Source: the human T2T-CHM13v2.0 reference genome, Homo sapiens
DNA length: 64,000 bases
Assembly: GCF_009914755.1 (NCBI RefSeq)
Contig: NC_060947.1
Direction: 5' to 3' (one strand)
In this document: positions 1 through 15,635 of the stretch, piece by piece
How the letters are laid out: each line of letters starts with the position of its first letter
Position numbering within the stretch: the stretch's first letter is position 1
Translations under genes and position numbers: made by a program
Notes under the pieces: generated by a model
Told to the model about the DNA's origin: nothing
What the model saw: the letters and a program-made list of their open reading frames with translations, nothing else
The model's database searches: none

Positions 1-209
1 AGAAAACAGACAATTATATAAATAACACTTAAAACAAGGCAATGCTGTAATGGAACTGCCATTATTTAAAAACTAAAGTATTGTAAATAACATTGCTGCA
101 TTTGAAGTAAAAGTAACTTTAAATGTTAATTTTTCTAGTTGGCCATTAATATTGTAATTAACTATAATATTATTAATATTTAAATCCTGGCTCTAAATAA
201 TGAAAGCAC

Positions 210-540
210 TCTGGCAGAAACTGCTACACAATTACCAAACTTTCATTCTCTTCTTATTCCCATCCTCCTTTGATGTTTAGTGTGGATCTGTGATTGACAG
301 CCAAGGAATATGAGCAAAAGTGATGTGCATCACTTTCGGGCCTGACTCCTAACAACTCCCACACACATCTTTCTTGCCCTTCCCAACACTTTTGGCTTGT
401 GCCAGATAAGCATGGTAAACTTGGAAGCTGTAAGTTTCCATAGGAAAGCCACAAGATGGTAGCAACATGAAGCAACACTTGGAAGAGAGCTGCTTGCCAA
501 ACAGTAACATCTATTTGGGCTTTATATGAGGGGGAACTTG
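210..540 (+). mobile_element. Old MaLR (MLT1-like) LTR fragment
   Basis: Degenerate MLT1-like phrases (cactttcgggcctgactcct; agccacaagatgg); heavily diverged, boundaries approximate. Confidence 0.35.
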
Positions 541-2798
541 ACCTGTTCTTCTTGGTATCCCTGGTATCTAGCATGCCATCTGAGACACAGTTGCTCAATG
601 AAAATAATTGTGAGCTGTTAAAGAAAACCTTTTAAAGGAATAGATCAGTGTAACAGTGCACACAATTGGATATAATAAACTCCACCTCAGTGTAGAGTAT
701 TTTAATAAAACTACAAGATTACCAATGAAGGGTTATATAGAAACTATTCCTCAATAGGTAAAAGGTTAGGGATGATTAACTCTGGGGACCCTTCCAAATA
801 TAATATTCCATATTATGCCTTAAATTTAAATGACTAGGAGGTAGCTTCTGGGAGCTGTATCTTTTTTCTTAGTTCCATTATGTTCCACTCCTTTTGTTTT
901 CTTCTTTTCCAAATATTTCATCTTTCCTTGTTAATCAATCAGCATTTGTAGAGCATGTAAAATATGACCAGCCCTGTCCACATGGTGCTTGCCATCTAGT
1001 TGGGGAGAGGGCTGTGAAACAACACATTTTGAAACAATTAGTAAGCATTATAAAGAGATCATTAAATGCTCCAGTAAATAGTTGTTGAGTGAGTTGCTTC
1101 AAATGTGTAATTTATGCACATTAAAAGCATACAGCCAGCTGCATGGGCAATCAAAAAGCTAAAATTCAACTTGCTTTTCTGTTAATAAGCAGTGCAAACG
1201 TGGGAAAGTCATTTAGCCTTTCTCTCTTTTATAAGATAAAAACAACAATTCTGTCCAATTAACTAGGGAGCAGAGTGACAAAGAATTGATTCACGAATTA
1301 GAAAGCATGATACCTTAGAATAGAGTACTCTGTTTTGGAGCCTTATGTTCCAATTAGTCTTTACTTGCATTGCTTATTTTCTTTCTATATGTAATCAGGA
1401 TTTTTGCTGTTACTGATGGTTCATTTAAGAGTTCTTCATTCCATCCGAGTGCAGCACCCAGAAAACTGGCTGTCTTTGATTGTGTTGAAAAAGCACAATA
1501 GGCCTCTGGCCCTCCATGGCAAAGAATATGATCATAAGTTTGGACTTATGGCCCCTTCAGTAGCCAGTTGTCACTGCTGCTGTTGACCTGCCACCTGCCT
1601 GAGCTCAGGGTAGAGACAGGAGACTCAAATGCTTCAGCAGGATTTCTTTGTCCAGCTGAAGATGACTAAGTTGTAGATTACATTTCAGGAGCATTATTTC
1701 ATATTGTGGTAGATATACTAAATATTCTCTCATATCTGAAGAGATAGCAAAGTTACAAAGAGAAACATTTAATGTTTTTGAAATGCCATAATATAATAAT
1801 CATTGATGTGAAATTGGGTAAGTTTGCCCTGACTAGCTAAACTTCTTGCCTGCCAGCTGTAAATGCTGCCTCCAGCTGCATTCTTTTCATGAAGAAACTG
1901 TTTGAGTTTTGTACATTTTATCAGACTCATTTTAAAACCATTTTCAAAATGTTTTCTACTGGTTTGGTTTTGAAGATTTTTGCATCAGTAATATATTTCT
2001 TAGATATTTTTCTCCAATTAGACTCTTCGAAAAAGAAATGAATGAAAAGTTCCATTTCAGCTTTTCCAAAAGTTTGACTCTGTTTCAGATGGCCTCTTCA
2101 ACCTCTATGAGAGGTTTGACAACCTAACCCACTTAGAACAATGTCTTCAAATCAGGGAATTAGAGGATTCTTATGTTAGATGTGCAAATTCTCAATTAAA
2201 AACAAAATAATTGAAGACAAAACTTCCTAGCCTTGTCTGAAAATTATTTACAAAGTATGCCCTACACTGTTTTGCACTAATGACAACATAGCATATGGCA
2301 CACAGTAAAAACTATATTAATATTTGACTTAAATTAGTGTTGATCGATTAACCAGATTTTGAATGGTGTTTTCTCTTTGAATTTCCTGATAAAGTAAAAT
2401 AATATTTCTTCAATTCTTATAATTAATAATCTTTGTACATTATATGTATTGTGTACTTATTCTATCAATTACTTAGAGAGGTTAAAACATCTCTGGATTT
2501 GTTTGTTTCCCTTGAATTCTATCAGTTTTGCTTCATATATTTTTGAAACTCTGCTATTAGGTATATATATATTTTTGGATCATTATACCCTTTTTGGTAG
2601 AGTGACCCTTTTATTATTATGAAATTACCCTCTATCTCTGGTATTACATCTTATCTTAAAGTCTACTTTGCCATTAATGTAGCAAACCAGACAATGTAGC
2701 CACACCAGACTTCTTATGCTTAATGTTTATATACTATATCTTTTTCCATGTTTTCACTTTCAATCTATCTGTGTCATTATATGTAAAGGACATCTTTT

Positions 2799-3178
2799 TT
2801 TCAGGGGAAAATGTTTAATTTCTCATTTTGCATCCATAACTTTAAAAATATGTTCCGTTTACCACTGCTATAGTTGTTAAAAAGGACCTGCCTGAAATTT
2901 TCCGGAAAAAGAATTTAAGAAATAATGTCACCTTTTTGGTACTTTATGTTTTTTGTTTCTTTTTTTTTTTTTTTTTTTTGAGACAGGGTCTCACTCTGTT
3001 GCCCAGGATGGAGTATGGTGGTGTGATCTTGGCTGACTGCAACCTCTGCCTCCTTGGCTCACACTATCCTCCCACCTCAGCCTCCTGAGTAACTGAGGCT
3101 ACAGGCACACATTACCATGCCTGGCTAATTTTGTTTATTTTTTATAGAGACGGGGTCTCACTTTGTCACCCAGGCTGG
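2799..3178 (-). pseudogene. 5'-truncated retrocopy of a polyadenylated transcript 3' end (AluJ plus ~150 bp unique tail)
   Basis: 14-bp TSD aaaggacatctttt at 2785-2798 and 3179-3192; ATTAAA on the minus strand at 2819-2814, 12 nt before a short A tail. Confidence 0.65.
2959..3178 (-). mobile_element. AluJ, 5'-truncated within the left arm
   Basis: Poly-T then gagacagggtctcactctgttgcccagg...tcctcccacctcagcctcc...ctggctaattttgtt...agagacggggtctcac (J-type diagnostics). Confidence 0.9.
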
Positions 3179-3496
3179 AAAGGACATCTTTTATAAATGG
3201 CTTACATTTGGATCTCGCTTTTTTATCCAGTCTGACAATTTCTGCCTTTTAGTTGGAGTGTTTGGTCCCTTTACATTTAATGTAATTATTGATATGTTTG
3301 GATTTAAGCCTACCATCTTGCTATTTGATTTTTGTCTCATTTATTCTTTCATCCTTTGTTCGATAATTGTCTTTTGCATTGCAAACTGAATGCAGTGTTC
3401 TTAGCCCAAGAACAAAGACTCAGGGAAGAAAATTAAGTATCTAACGGTTCCGTGATGTTAGCTAGAGAGGAGAGACTTTTTCACAAATGTTGTAGT

Positions 3497-3650
3497 TCAG
3501 TGCCTTCCAGACTTTAGTGTGCATATAATTCACCCTAGAATCTTGCTAAAATGCAGATTATGACTCAGGAGTTCTTGGGTGAGGCCTGAGTGTCTGCATT
3601 GCTAACACATTCTCAGGTGATGCTGATGTTGTTGGTCCAAAGCTCTAAAT
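3497..3650. mobile_element. MER5-type hAT-Charlie DNA transposon remnant
   Basis: cttgctaaaatgcagattatgactcagg...tctgcattgctaacacattctcaggtgatgctgatg. Confidence 0.7.
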
Positions 3651-4695
3651 TTGTAGTCAACTTTCATCTTCTCATTGCCCATCCATCGATTCCACCTGTG
3701 TCTCAGCAGATCTTGCGGTGAGAAAGAGTTGAAACAGTTTTTCAGAACTCTTCACAAAAGTGAGGAGATTGACTTTAAAACAACTTTTAAGAGTTAATAA
3801 AAATAAAATTGAGGTAAACACAAAGTAGAAAGATATCCTGGTAAGAATGGGTCAAAGGTACATGAGATTCAATTAAGGAAAGAAAACCAGTCTCTCTTGG
3901 ATGGCTTTCAGAAGTAGATTAAATAAAATATTATTAGAGGTTGTTTTGTAAAGAGCTATTCGCTTTTTCTTGGTGCAACCTCTGGATGAAATCTATTCCC
4001 CAGGATACCAAAAAATATCCTCCACTCAAGATGTTTTGCTTTTTATTGAATTGAGTTGCTTGCTCAAGGATGTAAACATAAACAGACAATGGTACTCTTA
4101 ATCATTTTAATCCAAGAACCTGTCTGGCCCCGTCTCCCAATTTTAGAATCTCTTTCAGCAAAGTTCTCAGATTGTTAAAGATGAGAGTACTTAGTCTTTT
4201 CAAATTGCTACATCCACACTGAAAGAAGTGATGTACTCTTCTCCAGTCTGCTATTGGTGTCTTTAGATGCCCATTTTCACAGATACCATCCAGTGCATTG
4301 ATAACCACTGATCATTTTATAGGCAAATTCAAGCTTCTTAATTATGAATATGCATTACACAGACAATGAAAGAACCTACTGAAGTCCATTAACCCCAGAC
4401 AGAAGGACAGCCACCTAACAAAAAAGTAACCAAAACTATAGAAGGGATATAATACAAGGTTGATAGTAAATGAAGTCGATGGTTGTTTTTCTCATTTACC
4501 CTTATACTGTTGAGGGCTGCTCATGCACATCTCTTCTTTATCAAATGACAGCTATAAAAGGAAAATTGTGAAACGTAAATGCTTCTTTCCACCTATTTTT
4601 TCTACCCACTACTATTCCTCCTACTATTCTTTTATTCTTTCAGAGTTTGCTTTAGCATAATTATTTGATCAGATTCTTTGTTACAACTTAATTTT

Positions 4696-4958
4696 TTTTG
4701 TTTGTTTTTCTTTTTCTTTTTTTTTTTCTTTTATCATTATACTTTAAGTTTTAGGGTACATGTGCACATTGTGCAGGTTAGTTACATATGTATACATGTG
4801 CCACGCTGGTGCGCTGCACCCACTAACTCGTCATCTAGCATTAGGTATATCTCCCAATGCTATCCCTCCCCCCTCCCCCCAAAAAACCAAACACCGCATA
4901 TTCTCACTCATAGGTGGGAATTGAACAATGAGATCACATGGACACAGGAAGGGGAACA
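4696..4958 (-). mobile_element. Young L1 (L1PA2-like) 3' end with 5' inversion
   Basis: 4696-4880 is antisense L1 3'UTR plus tail (GAG rather than the Ta ACA diagnostic); 4881-4958 is sense upstream 3'UTR piece; degenerate TSD at 4681-4695 and 4959-4973. Confidence 0.9.
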
Positions 4959-5306
4959 TTACTACTTATTTTTATAGACCCAATGGCTACTACAGTGCCA
5001 TGACATAATTGATACTTAATAAATATTTGCTAAATGAATAAATGAGTATATTACATATATGGTAATTCATTATTTAAACCTCTTTGCACGCTTTCCTGAC
5101 TCACTAAGAAAATGGAAAAAATACACATTGACACTTAAACACACGTGTACACTGTAAAACTGGAATGAGTAATCTATTTGGTTTTTATTCAGAGTAGGGG
5201 ATAAAAATGCATTTCTTTTTATTAATTTTCTGAATACAAAGACCAGTGAAATGATTTCTTATACTGAGCAGAATCTCTTAAATTTATTTGCCTCAAGAAG
5301 TAGTTA

Positions 5307-5625
<319 letters not shown>

Positions 5626-5721
5626 TTAATCAAATAGAAAAATGTTTTCCTAATTTAAAAATAAAAATTGAATCTTACTTATCTAACTTTGGAACTCCTG
5701 GTACTTTGAAGCCATTACTAT

Positions 5722-6152
5722 TTGTGGTGGATGCAGTGATATGCCACCCTGATTCTGCTTCAGTAAAGGGCTTGTTGTCTTAGCTGTTGGCAGTACTGTT
5801 AGCAGGCGGCCTTCAGCTCTCAGCCCCTTCCCACTTGCCTCAGACACAAAAAGCCATCTGACCCAGTGTCACATCCCTTACCCAATGATCCACACCCAAT
5901 GACCAGTCATTGCAAGGGTAAAATGACCTGGCCATCTTGACCCAACTTGGAACAACTCTGAAGGGCCATTCTAGTTTTAGAGCTCTCTCTAGAGTCAGCC
6001 ACGGGTATCGTTTGGCCTGCCTTGTACTTCAACTTCTCCCTGTCTCCAAGCTCTGCTTCCTTCCCCTAATACCCTAAGGGCACTCCCTAATAACTATTTT
6101 GCATGTTAAACTTCATGTCAAAGTCTTCTTCCTGAGGAGCTCAATCTATGAT
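5722..6152 (+). mobile_element. ERVL LTR16-type solo LTR
   Basis: Begins tgtggtggatgc and ends ...gggcactccctaataa...gtcttcttcctgaggagctcaatc; resembles 58188-58632. Confidence 0.6.
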
Positions 6153-7419
6153 AATATTATTTCCATATTCTTTTTATACAAAATAGAAAAAATGTTTAAA
6201 GTATCCACCGAGGACAAATTGCTGTATTTTGTGGAGTCTACTCTTTGAAAGGACACTTGTGTTGGGTCAGAGCTGCTTAACAAAAATCCGTGTTGCCAAG
6301 GTTACTGCTACCTAATACTTTTTGGTTTCATCATAGTGTTCATGGTGCAGAGGAGTGGGCTGGGAGTCACATTGCCATGGTGATTCTCCAGCAGTAAGAA
6401 TCACCATTTGAGTTGTCTCCTTTTACAAGAGGGTTAGAGTTGGTGATGCGGTTACCAAGTTGACTCTTCTCCAATCATGCTGACATGAGGTAAGATCTGC
6501 AAATTTCTCTCATACCTGGAGAAACTATGTGGCGTCCAGAAACATAACTTTGAAAGATCAACCTTAGAAATTCTCTCTGAATTATTACATCATCCCATCA
6601 CCAGTCCTGGGGCTCAAGCCTGTTTGCTTTGTGGTCTTCCTTCCCAAAATTATTTCTGTATCTTTTTTTTATGATATGCTGATAATTTCAGGTAGACAGG
6701 GTTGGGCAGAGGTCTCTATGGTGAGAGTTCTTTGGTTGTCTCCATGGTGATCCCTACATAGGTAATAAATCGACAACTTAATTTGATTTCTTATCTTGAA
6801 TTTTATTTATCTTATCTTACCACTGGCTTCAGCTTTGGAATATGTGTGGGAGAAACCACTGGGGCTCATACAGTAATTTGTGAAGCAGCTTGTGCCAAGC
6901 TTCCTTGGAGACTTAGTCTCTCTTTTCTATTTCTTTTTCCTTTCTTCGGGAACCCAATGTCCTTATGTGTTTTGTACTCTGTTTCCTCCCAGTTCCTTTG
7001 TTAAAAAAAAAAAATGAAACTAAGGTATAAACAAATGATAAAGCAATATATTACCTCCCACAGGAGTTGGCTTTTTAAATGGAAACAAGGTAATGAATCT
7101 CTCTAATTATGCAATTTTAGGCATTGAAAAACTATGTGAAATGGGGAAGAATAAGAAGATGTTGAGGAACAAGACCTATGTATTGACTACTCTGTGCCCT
7201 ATTTTCCCCATGTGTATTATCTACTTCTAAGGGTTGTTGTGTGGGCAAAATGAAATATAACATGTAAAGTGTTTAGAACAGTGTTTGACTAGTAATTTAG
7301 CTATTGCTATTTTTATATTAATATTTATTTTTACTCATTAGGACAATTAAGAAAAGTTTCCTTCTGCAATCTTTAACTTGAAGTCTGGTTTTTCCCTTTA
7401 TGGGGAAGGTATAAAACCT

Positions 7420-7580
7420 TGCTATTCAAACAATTGTTCATAGACCAGAAGCATAAGCCACAGACAGGAGCTTGTTAGAAGTGTAAAATGTCAAGCCCCA
7501 TTCCAGACCCAATAAAGCAGAATCTGTAGTTTAGCAAGACTCCCAGGTGATTCTTACATGCATTAAAGTTTGAGCAGTCT
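7420..7580. mobile_element. MER5-type DNA transposon remnant
   Basis: ggagcttgttagaa...cagaatctgtagtttagcaagactcccaggtgattc...cattaaagtttgagcag. Confidence 0.7.
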
Positions 7581-7589
7581 TGAATAAGT

Positions 7590-7825
7590 GCAGCGGTTCG
7601 AAACAGAGGCCTTTAAATCAGACAGCCTAGTTCCAATTTACTTGCTTTGGAATCTTGGGCAACTTTCTTAAATTCTCTGAGTCTTAGGTCTCTCATGTGT
7701 AAAACCTGGGATAATCATGTCTATTTAGTAGGGTTGTTGTTAGGATTAAATGGAAAAATATGTAAAGCACTTATTAATGTGCCTGTTGGGCAAATACCAA
7801 GTGTGTGATGAATTGTGGCTATAAC
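7590..7825 (+). mobile_element. MIR
   Basis: Core ttgggcaactttcttaaattctctgagtctt...agggttgttgttaggattaaatg...atgtaaagcactt. Confidence 0.7.
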
Positions 7826-8309
7826 TGCTCTCAAAAGAATCTCTGAGCTTTTGATACATGAAATTTCAAGCCCCCAAGGGCAAAGAACTTGACCTCATTC
7901 AATGCAGGATTTTTCATACATTCATATAATTTTAAAGATACACAAGGAATGTTAGGACCATCTTTGATAAATCAAAAGAAAAAAATGCTTAGATTTACTT
8001 GTATTAGACAAATTCTGCCTGTTTGGGCCTTCCACTGTTTGCTGGGTAAGATATATTCAGGTTAGACACACGAGTCATCAGTTGGCTATGGCATGTGGAG
8101 GAAGTACCAGCAGGTCCAGCCAACACATTTGAGTATTTTAGACATAATTCTCTGTGCCGGTGAGAATGGCCAGCTTTTTTTGGGTCTGTGAACCTGAATG
8201 TAGTACTTCCAGAAAATTTGGAAACTGGGCTTTGAAGCTGTTGAACTTGGATTGGCAACCACAGGCTCCACATTCTCAAACTCATTTCACATTAATCTCA
8301 TGGCTAAGA

Positions 8310-8480
8310 GCAGAAGTTCAGGAGTCAAGTCATCAGAGTTCAGATTGCATCATTTGTGAAATAAGAATCATTATAACTCCTCTATTTAAGGATGGCTAGG
8401 AGAGTTGAATGAGATAATCTAGGTAAAGAGTTTAGCACATTATCTGCCTCATAATAAGCACTCAATAAAAGTAAGCTTTT
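8310..8480 (+). mobile_element. MIR 3' part
   Basis: catttgtgaaataagaatc...gaatgagataat...aagcactcaataaa. Confidence 0.6.
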
Positions 8481-8481
8481 G

Positions 8482-9931
8482 CAAAAAGAACAAAGTTGGA
8501 GGCATCACATTACCTGACTTCAAAGTATACTACAAGGCTACAGTAACCAAAACAGCATGGTACTGGTACCAAAACAGACATATAGACCAATGGAGCAGAA
8601 CAGAAGCCTCAGAAATAACACCACACATCTACAACCATCTGATCTTTGACAAACCTGACCAAAACAAGCAATGGGGAAAGGATCTCCTATTCAGCAAATG
8701 GTGCTGTGAAAACTGGCTAGCTGTATGTAGAAAACTGAAACTGGATCCCCTTTCCTTACAAATTATACAAAAATTAACTCAAGATGGATTAAAGACTTAA
8801 ATGTAAACCTAAGACCATAAAAACCCTAGAAGAAAACCTGGGCAATACCATTCAGGACATTGGCATGGAGAAAGACTTCATGATGAAAACTCCAAAAGCA
8901 ATTGCAACAAAAGCCAAAATTGACAAATGGGATCTAAGTAAACTAAAGAGCTTCCGCACAGCAAAAGAAACTATCATCAGACTGAACAGGCAGCCTACAG
9001 AATGGGAGAAAGTTTTTTCCATCCACCCATCTGACAAAGGTCTAATATGCAAAATTTACAAGGAACTTAAACATATTTACAAGAAGAAAACAAACAATCC
9101 CATCAAAAAGTGGGCTAAGGATATGAACAGACACTTCTCAAAAGAAGACAGTTATGCAGCCAACAAATATTTGAAAAAGCTCAACATCACTGATAGTCAG
9201 AGAAATGCAAATCAAAACCACAATGAGGTACCATCTCATGCCAGTCAGAATGGCGATTATTAAAAAGTCAGGAAACGATAGATGCTGGCGAGGATGTGGA
9301 GAAATAGAAACACTTTTATACTGTTGGTGGAAATGTAATTATTTCAACCACTGTGGAAGACAGTATGGTGATTCCTCAAGGATCTAGAACCAGAAATACC
9401 ATTTGACCTAGCAATCCCATTACTGAGTATATACTCTAAGGATGATAAATCATTCTACTATAAAGACACATGCACATGTATTTTTATTGCAGCACTATTC
9501 ACAATAGCAAGGACATGGAACCAACCCAAATCCCCATCAATGATAGACTGGATAAAGAAAATCTGGCACATATACACCATGGAATACTATGCAGCCATAA
9601 AAAGGAATGAGATCATGTCCTTTGCAGGGACATGGATGAAGCTGGAAGCCATCATCCTCAGCAAACTAACACAGGAACAGAAAACCAAACACCGCATGTT
9701 CTTACTCATAAGTGGGAGTTGAACATTGAGAATACATGGACACAGAGAGGGGAGTAACACATACCAGGGCCTGTTGGGGGGTGGAGAGTGAGGGAAGGGA
9801 GCTTAGAAGATGGGTCAATAGGTGCAGCAAACCACCATGGCACACATATACCTATGTAACAAACCTGCACTTTCTGCACTTATATCCCTTTTTTTTTAGG
9901 AGAAATAAAGAAAAAATAATAATACAAGAAA
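8482..9931 (+). mobile_element. L1PA (about PA11-13 age), 5'-truncated: ORF2 C-terminus and 3'UTR
   Basis: ORF2 peptides [20 protein letters not shown] and MEYYAAIKRNEIMSFAGTWMKLE; 15-bp TSD aaaagtaag[c/t]ttttg at 8467-8481 and 9932-9946. Confidence 0.95.
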
Positions 9932-10764
9932 AAAAGTAAGTTTTTGTTGTTATTGTTGTTGTTGTTATACTATCATACTTATCAAACATCTGTTTTCCTT
10001 CAAATCAGACTCCCGCTGATTTTCTTGACCTCAATGCTGAAATGTGGGATAGAATATCCAGCCTCTAACTAGATCTACCATAAGTTTGGTTGGAAGAATT
10101 AGAGTTAATATCATGACACACCAATGAAAAAGGTGAGACAACCTAGTAGATTTCCACATAAAGGCATTTCCTAGATGACTGAGCACTTGAAAAACAAATT
10201 TCAGTGTTGTTGACATGCTAGTGTATCCAGACTCTAAAAGACTCAGCCATCTTCCAGCTTTTAATGAGTTCCCCAAGGAGAAGCAGAAGCTACTATCCCA
10301 GCAAGCCTTTTTGCCACACCTGAATTGTTTGTCGTTCAGTTGCTAATGCTCTGGAGACTAACACATTGGTACCCTTTTCTGCAGAATACTGAATTGACAA
10401 ACTTAAACAAATTCTTGATCAATCACTGCTGGCAGTGTAGACCTGTTTGGAAATAGAATGGAGTGGGTAAAATGAAAACTTGGACTATATACACAGAAGG
10501 TATCCTGAAATAGAACACATTAAGAATTTGGGAGCCTTCAGTCACCTGAACTACTCAATCTAAACTGGGACCAATGACAAGGTTTTGGGTGAGCTTCTGC
10601 AGCCTGATGGAAATATTACTTCAGGCATAATTAGTAGTAGACATCAAAAAAACCTTAAAACCTTATCAAACTTTGCCTGGCTTTCCAAATGTTCCCTTAA
10701 GATGGATTCTTAGAAGTAGAATGCATCAATCAAAGGTAAGAATGTATTTCAGATAATCAGTACA

Positions 10765-11290
10765 TTGGCCAAATTGTTTTACAAAAGGATTGTTACAAAT
10801 ATATCCTCCCATGAGCAGTGTGTGAACATGCTCTTCCGAGAGCACCAGTGATTGCTCAGAATGTTATGTTTGGTCATTCTTCCCTAATTTTATGGTTACA
10901 ATGGCTATCTCATTATTTTACCATTCTTTTTTTTAATGCGGTTTATCATTTCACACATAAATGTATTGATGATTTGTCATTTTTTTATTTTGTGATTTTT
11001 TAATGACCATAGTCCATTTTTTCTACCAGACAGTTTTATCTCATAGCTTTATTAGTACCTTTATATATTAAAAGACATTAATACTTTGTTATATATATTT
11101 TTCGCACCATATATTTTGCCAGTAATTTTAAGTTGGATTTTTATTGTTAACATTGTATAGAAATTTAGAATTTTTATGCAGACAAATCTATCTAACCTTT
11201 CTTTTATGATTATTTTTCATATTGCTTTTATTCTTGTAAACCTTTCCCCATTCAGAGAACAAGTGAATATTTACCCATATTTTCTCTTAA
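10765..11290 (-). mobile_element. Ancient L1M fragment
   Basis: Degenerate antisense L1M text (ccaaattgttttacaaaagg; ggctatctcattatttt; gacattaatactttg; caaatctatctaaccttttc). Confidence 0.5.
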
Positions 11291-12257
11291 CAAGCACAAG
11301 CTGTATTAAGTATAAAAATGCTTATTTGAAGGCACAATGTAGTCAGAATGATTTCACTTTACTCACCATAAATAAATGCTTCATAAAGTATATGAATTTT
11401 GAGGGACTCATGAATTGAATGTAGATATAATTATTTCAGGGCATAAATAAAGTTACCTTGCCAAAGAGTACTTGGCAAAAAAGATCAAAAACACATGTGA
11501 GAGAAGAATAGTAACTGTTGTAAAAGTCAAGTTGCAACTAGACTGTTTAGAGAAGTTCCATAGTTCTGATTCGTGAAAGGAAACAACTTTATATTATTAT
11601 CCTTATTTTCAGTTAGCTTCATGTGCAACAAATATTTAACAAGTATTCACATATTCAGATAGCATTGTATTATATTAACAATCTTGTCTAATACTAATTG
11701 ACTTTGCAAAGATTTTGCTTGCAATGCAACAAACTTTAAAATAGAAGAAACTACAATTGTAAATGTGCTAACAAGTTTTATCCTAATAATCCATGTTCCC
11801 ATAATGAATACCCACACAGAAGAATGTATGAACTCTTATTTAAAATAAACACATGAAAGGAAGTGAAGGAAGAAGAGAGGAGGGATGCTAAGAAGACAGC
11901 TGAATTCATTAGTTCCTGTAAAAGGCTAACAATATTTTTACCCAGTCAAATTTATTCTCTGAAAGATTGAAAGCGATGTGTCAGTCTGTGCCCACATAGA
12001 AACAGAAAACAGAATCTACATTGGGAAAGAAAAGGGAAAAGCATGGGTTGTCAGAAAGTCACCACAGTCTCTGTCAACACCATATCACTGACATCTGGTT
12101 TTTCAAAGGGCACCTTCAAGGAACCATTAAGCAGAGAATAATGAGAACAATAAAAGGCAATGATTTTCAACCATTTACATATAATTGACAATAGATTTTT
12201 GTGGCTTGTATACTATGTGCATGAGTAGTGTGATGGACCACATGATCTCAATAAATA

Positions 12258-12690
12258 TATGGTAGAGTTTAGAAGACTGATTACAATATTAGCCCCAATT
12301 TTTCATGTGTGCTTGTATCCATGGCCTTTGATAGTATCCTCTACAATGACTTTGGACCTGGCCATGTAACTTGCTTCACCAAAGGAATAGTAAAATATTT
12401 TATGCAATCAGAAGCTTGAGAAGGCAGTTGTGTGGTTATAATTACTCTCTTGGTTCATGCAACTATCAGGAAAACAAGTCCAAACTAGTCTGTTGAAGGA
12501 TGAGACCATGTGGGAGAGAATCAAGTGATCCCACTTGAGGCCATCCTAGATCAGCCAACCCCAGCCAACCTGTCTGCTGCTGCTGACTATAAATATATGA
12601 TCAAGTCCAGCCTAGATCAGATGCTCTTGGCTGAGATATCAAGAACCTCCCAGCTCACCCTACACTCAAGAGCAAAATAAATGGTGGGTT
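12258..12690 (+). mobile_element. MLT1 (F/G-like) LTR, 3' end missing
   Basis: ggccatgtaacttgctt...tgaggccatcctagatcagccaaccccagccaacc...gagcaaaataaatggtgg. Confidence 0.65.
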
Positions 12691-12716
12691 TTTTTTTTTG
12701 TTTTTGATAAAGACTC

Positions 12717-15635
<2,919 letters not shown>

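Larger units (their letters stand above)
2460..3360 (-). mobile_element. Ancient L1M (L1ME-like) fragment, interrupted by an insertion at 2799-3178
   Basis: Typical antisense L1M text (tctatcagttttgcttcatatatttttgaaactctgctattagg; cagtctgacaatttctgccttttagttggagtgtttggtccctttacatttaatgtaatt) on both sides of the insertion. Confidence 0.7.

Noticed and set aside
4102-4308. 68-aa minus-strand ORF in non-repeat DNA
   Set aside because: No ATG start, no recognisable homology, no clear splice framing.
6377-6407. 11-bp stem hairpin atggtgattct / agaatcaccat
   Set aside because: Short enough to arise by chance in 64 kb; no supporting context.
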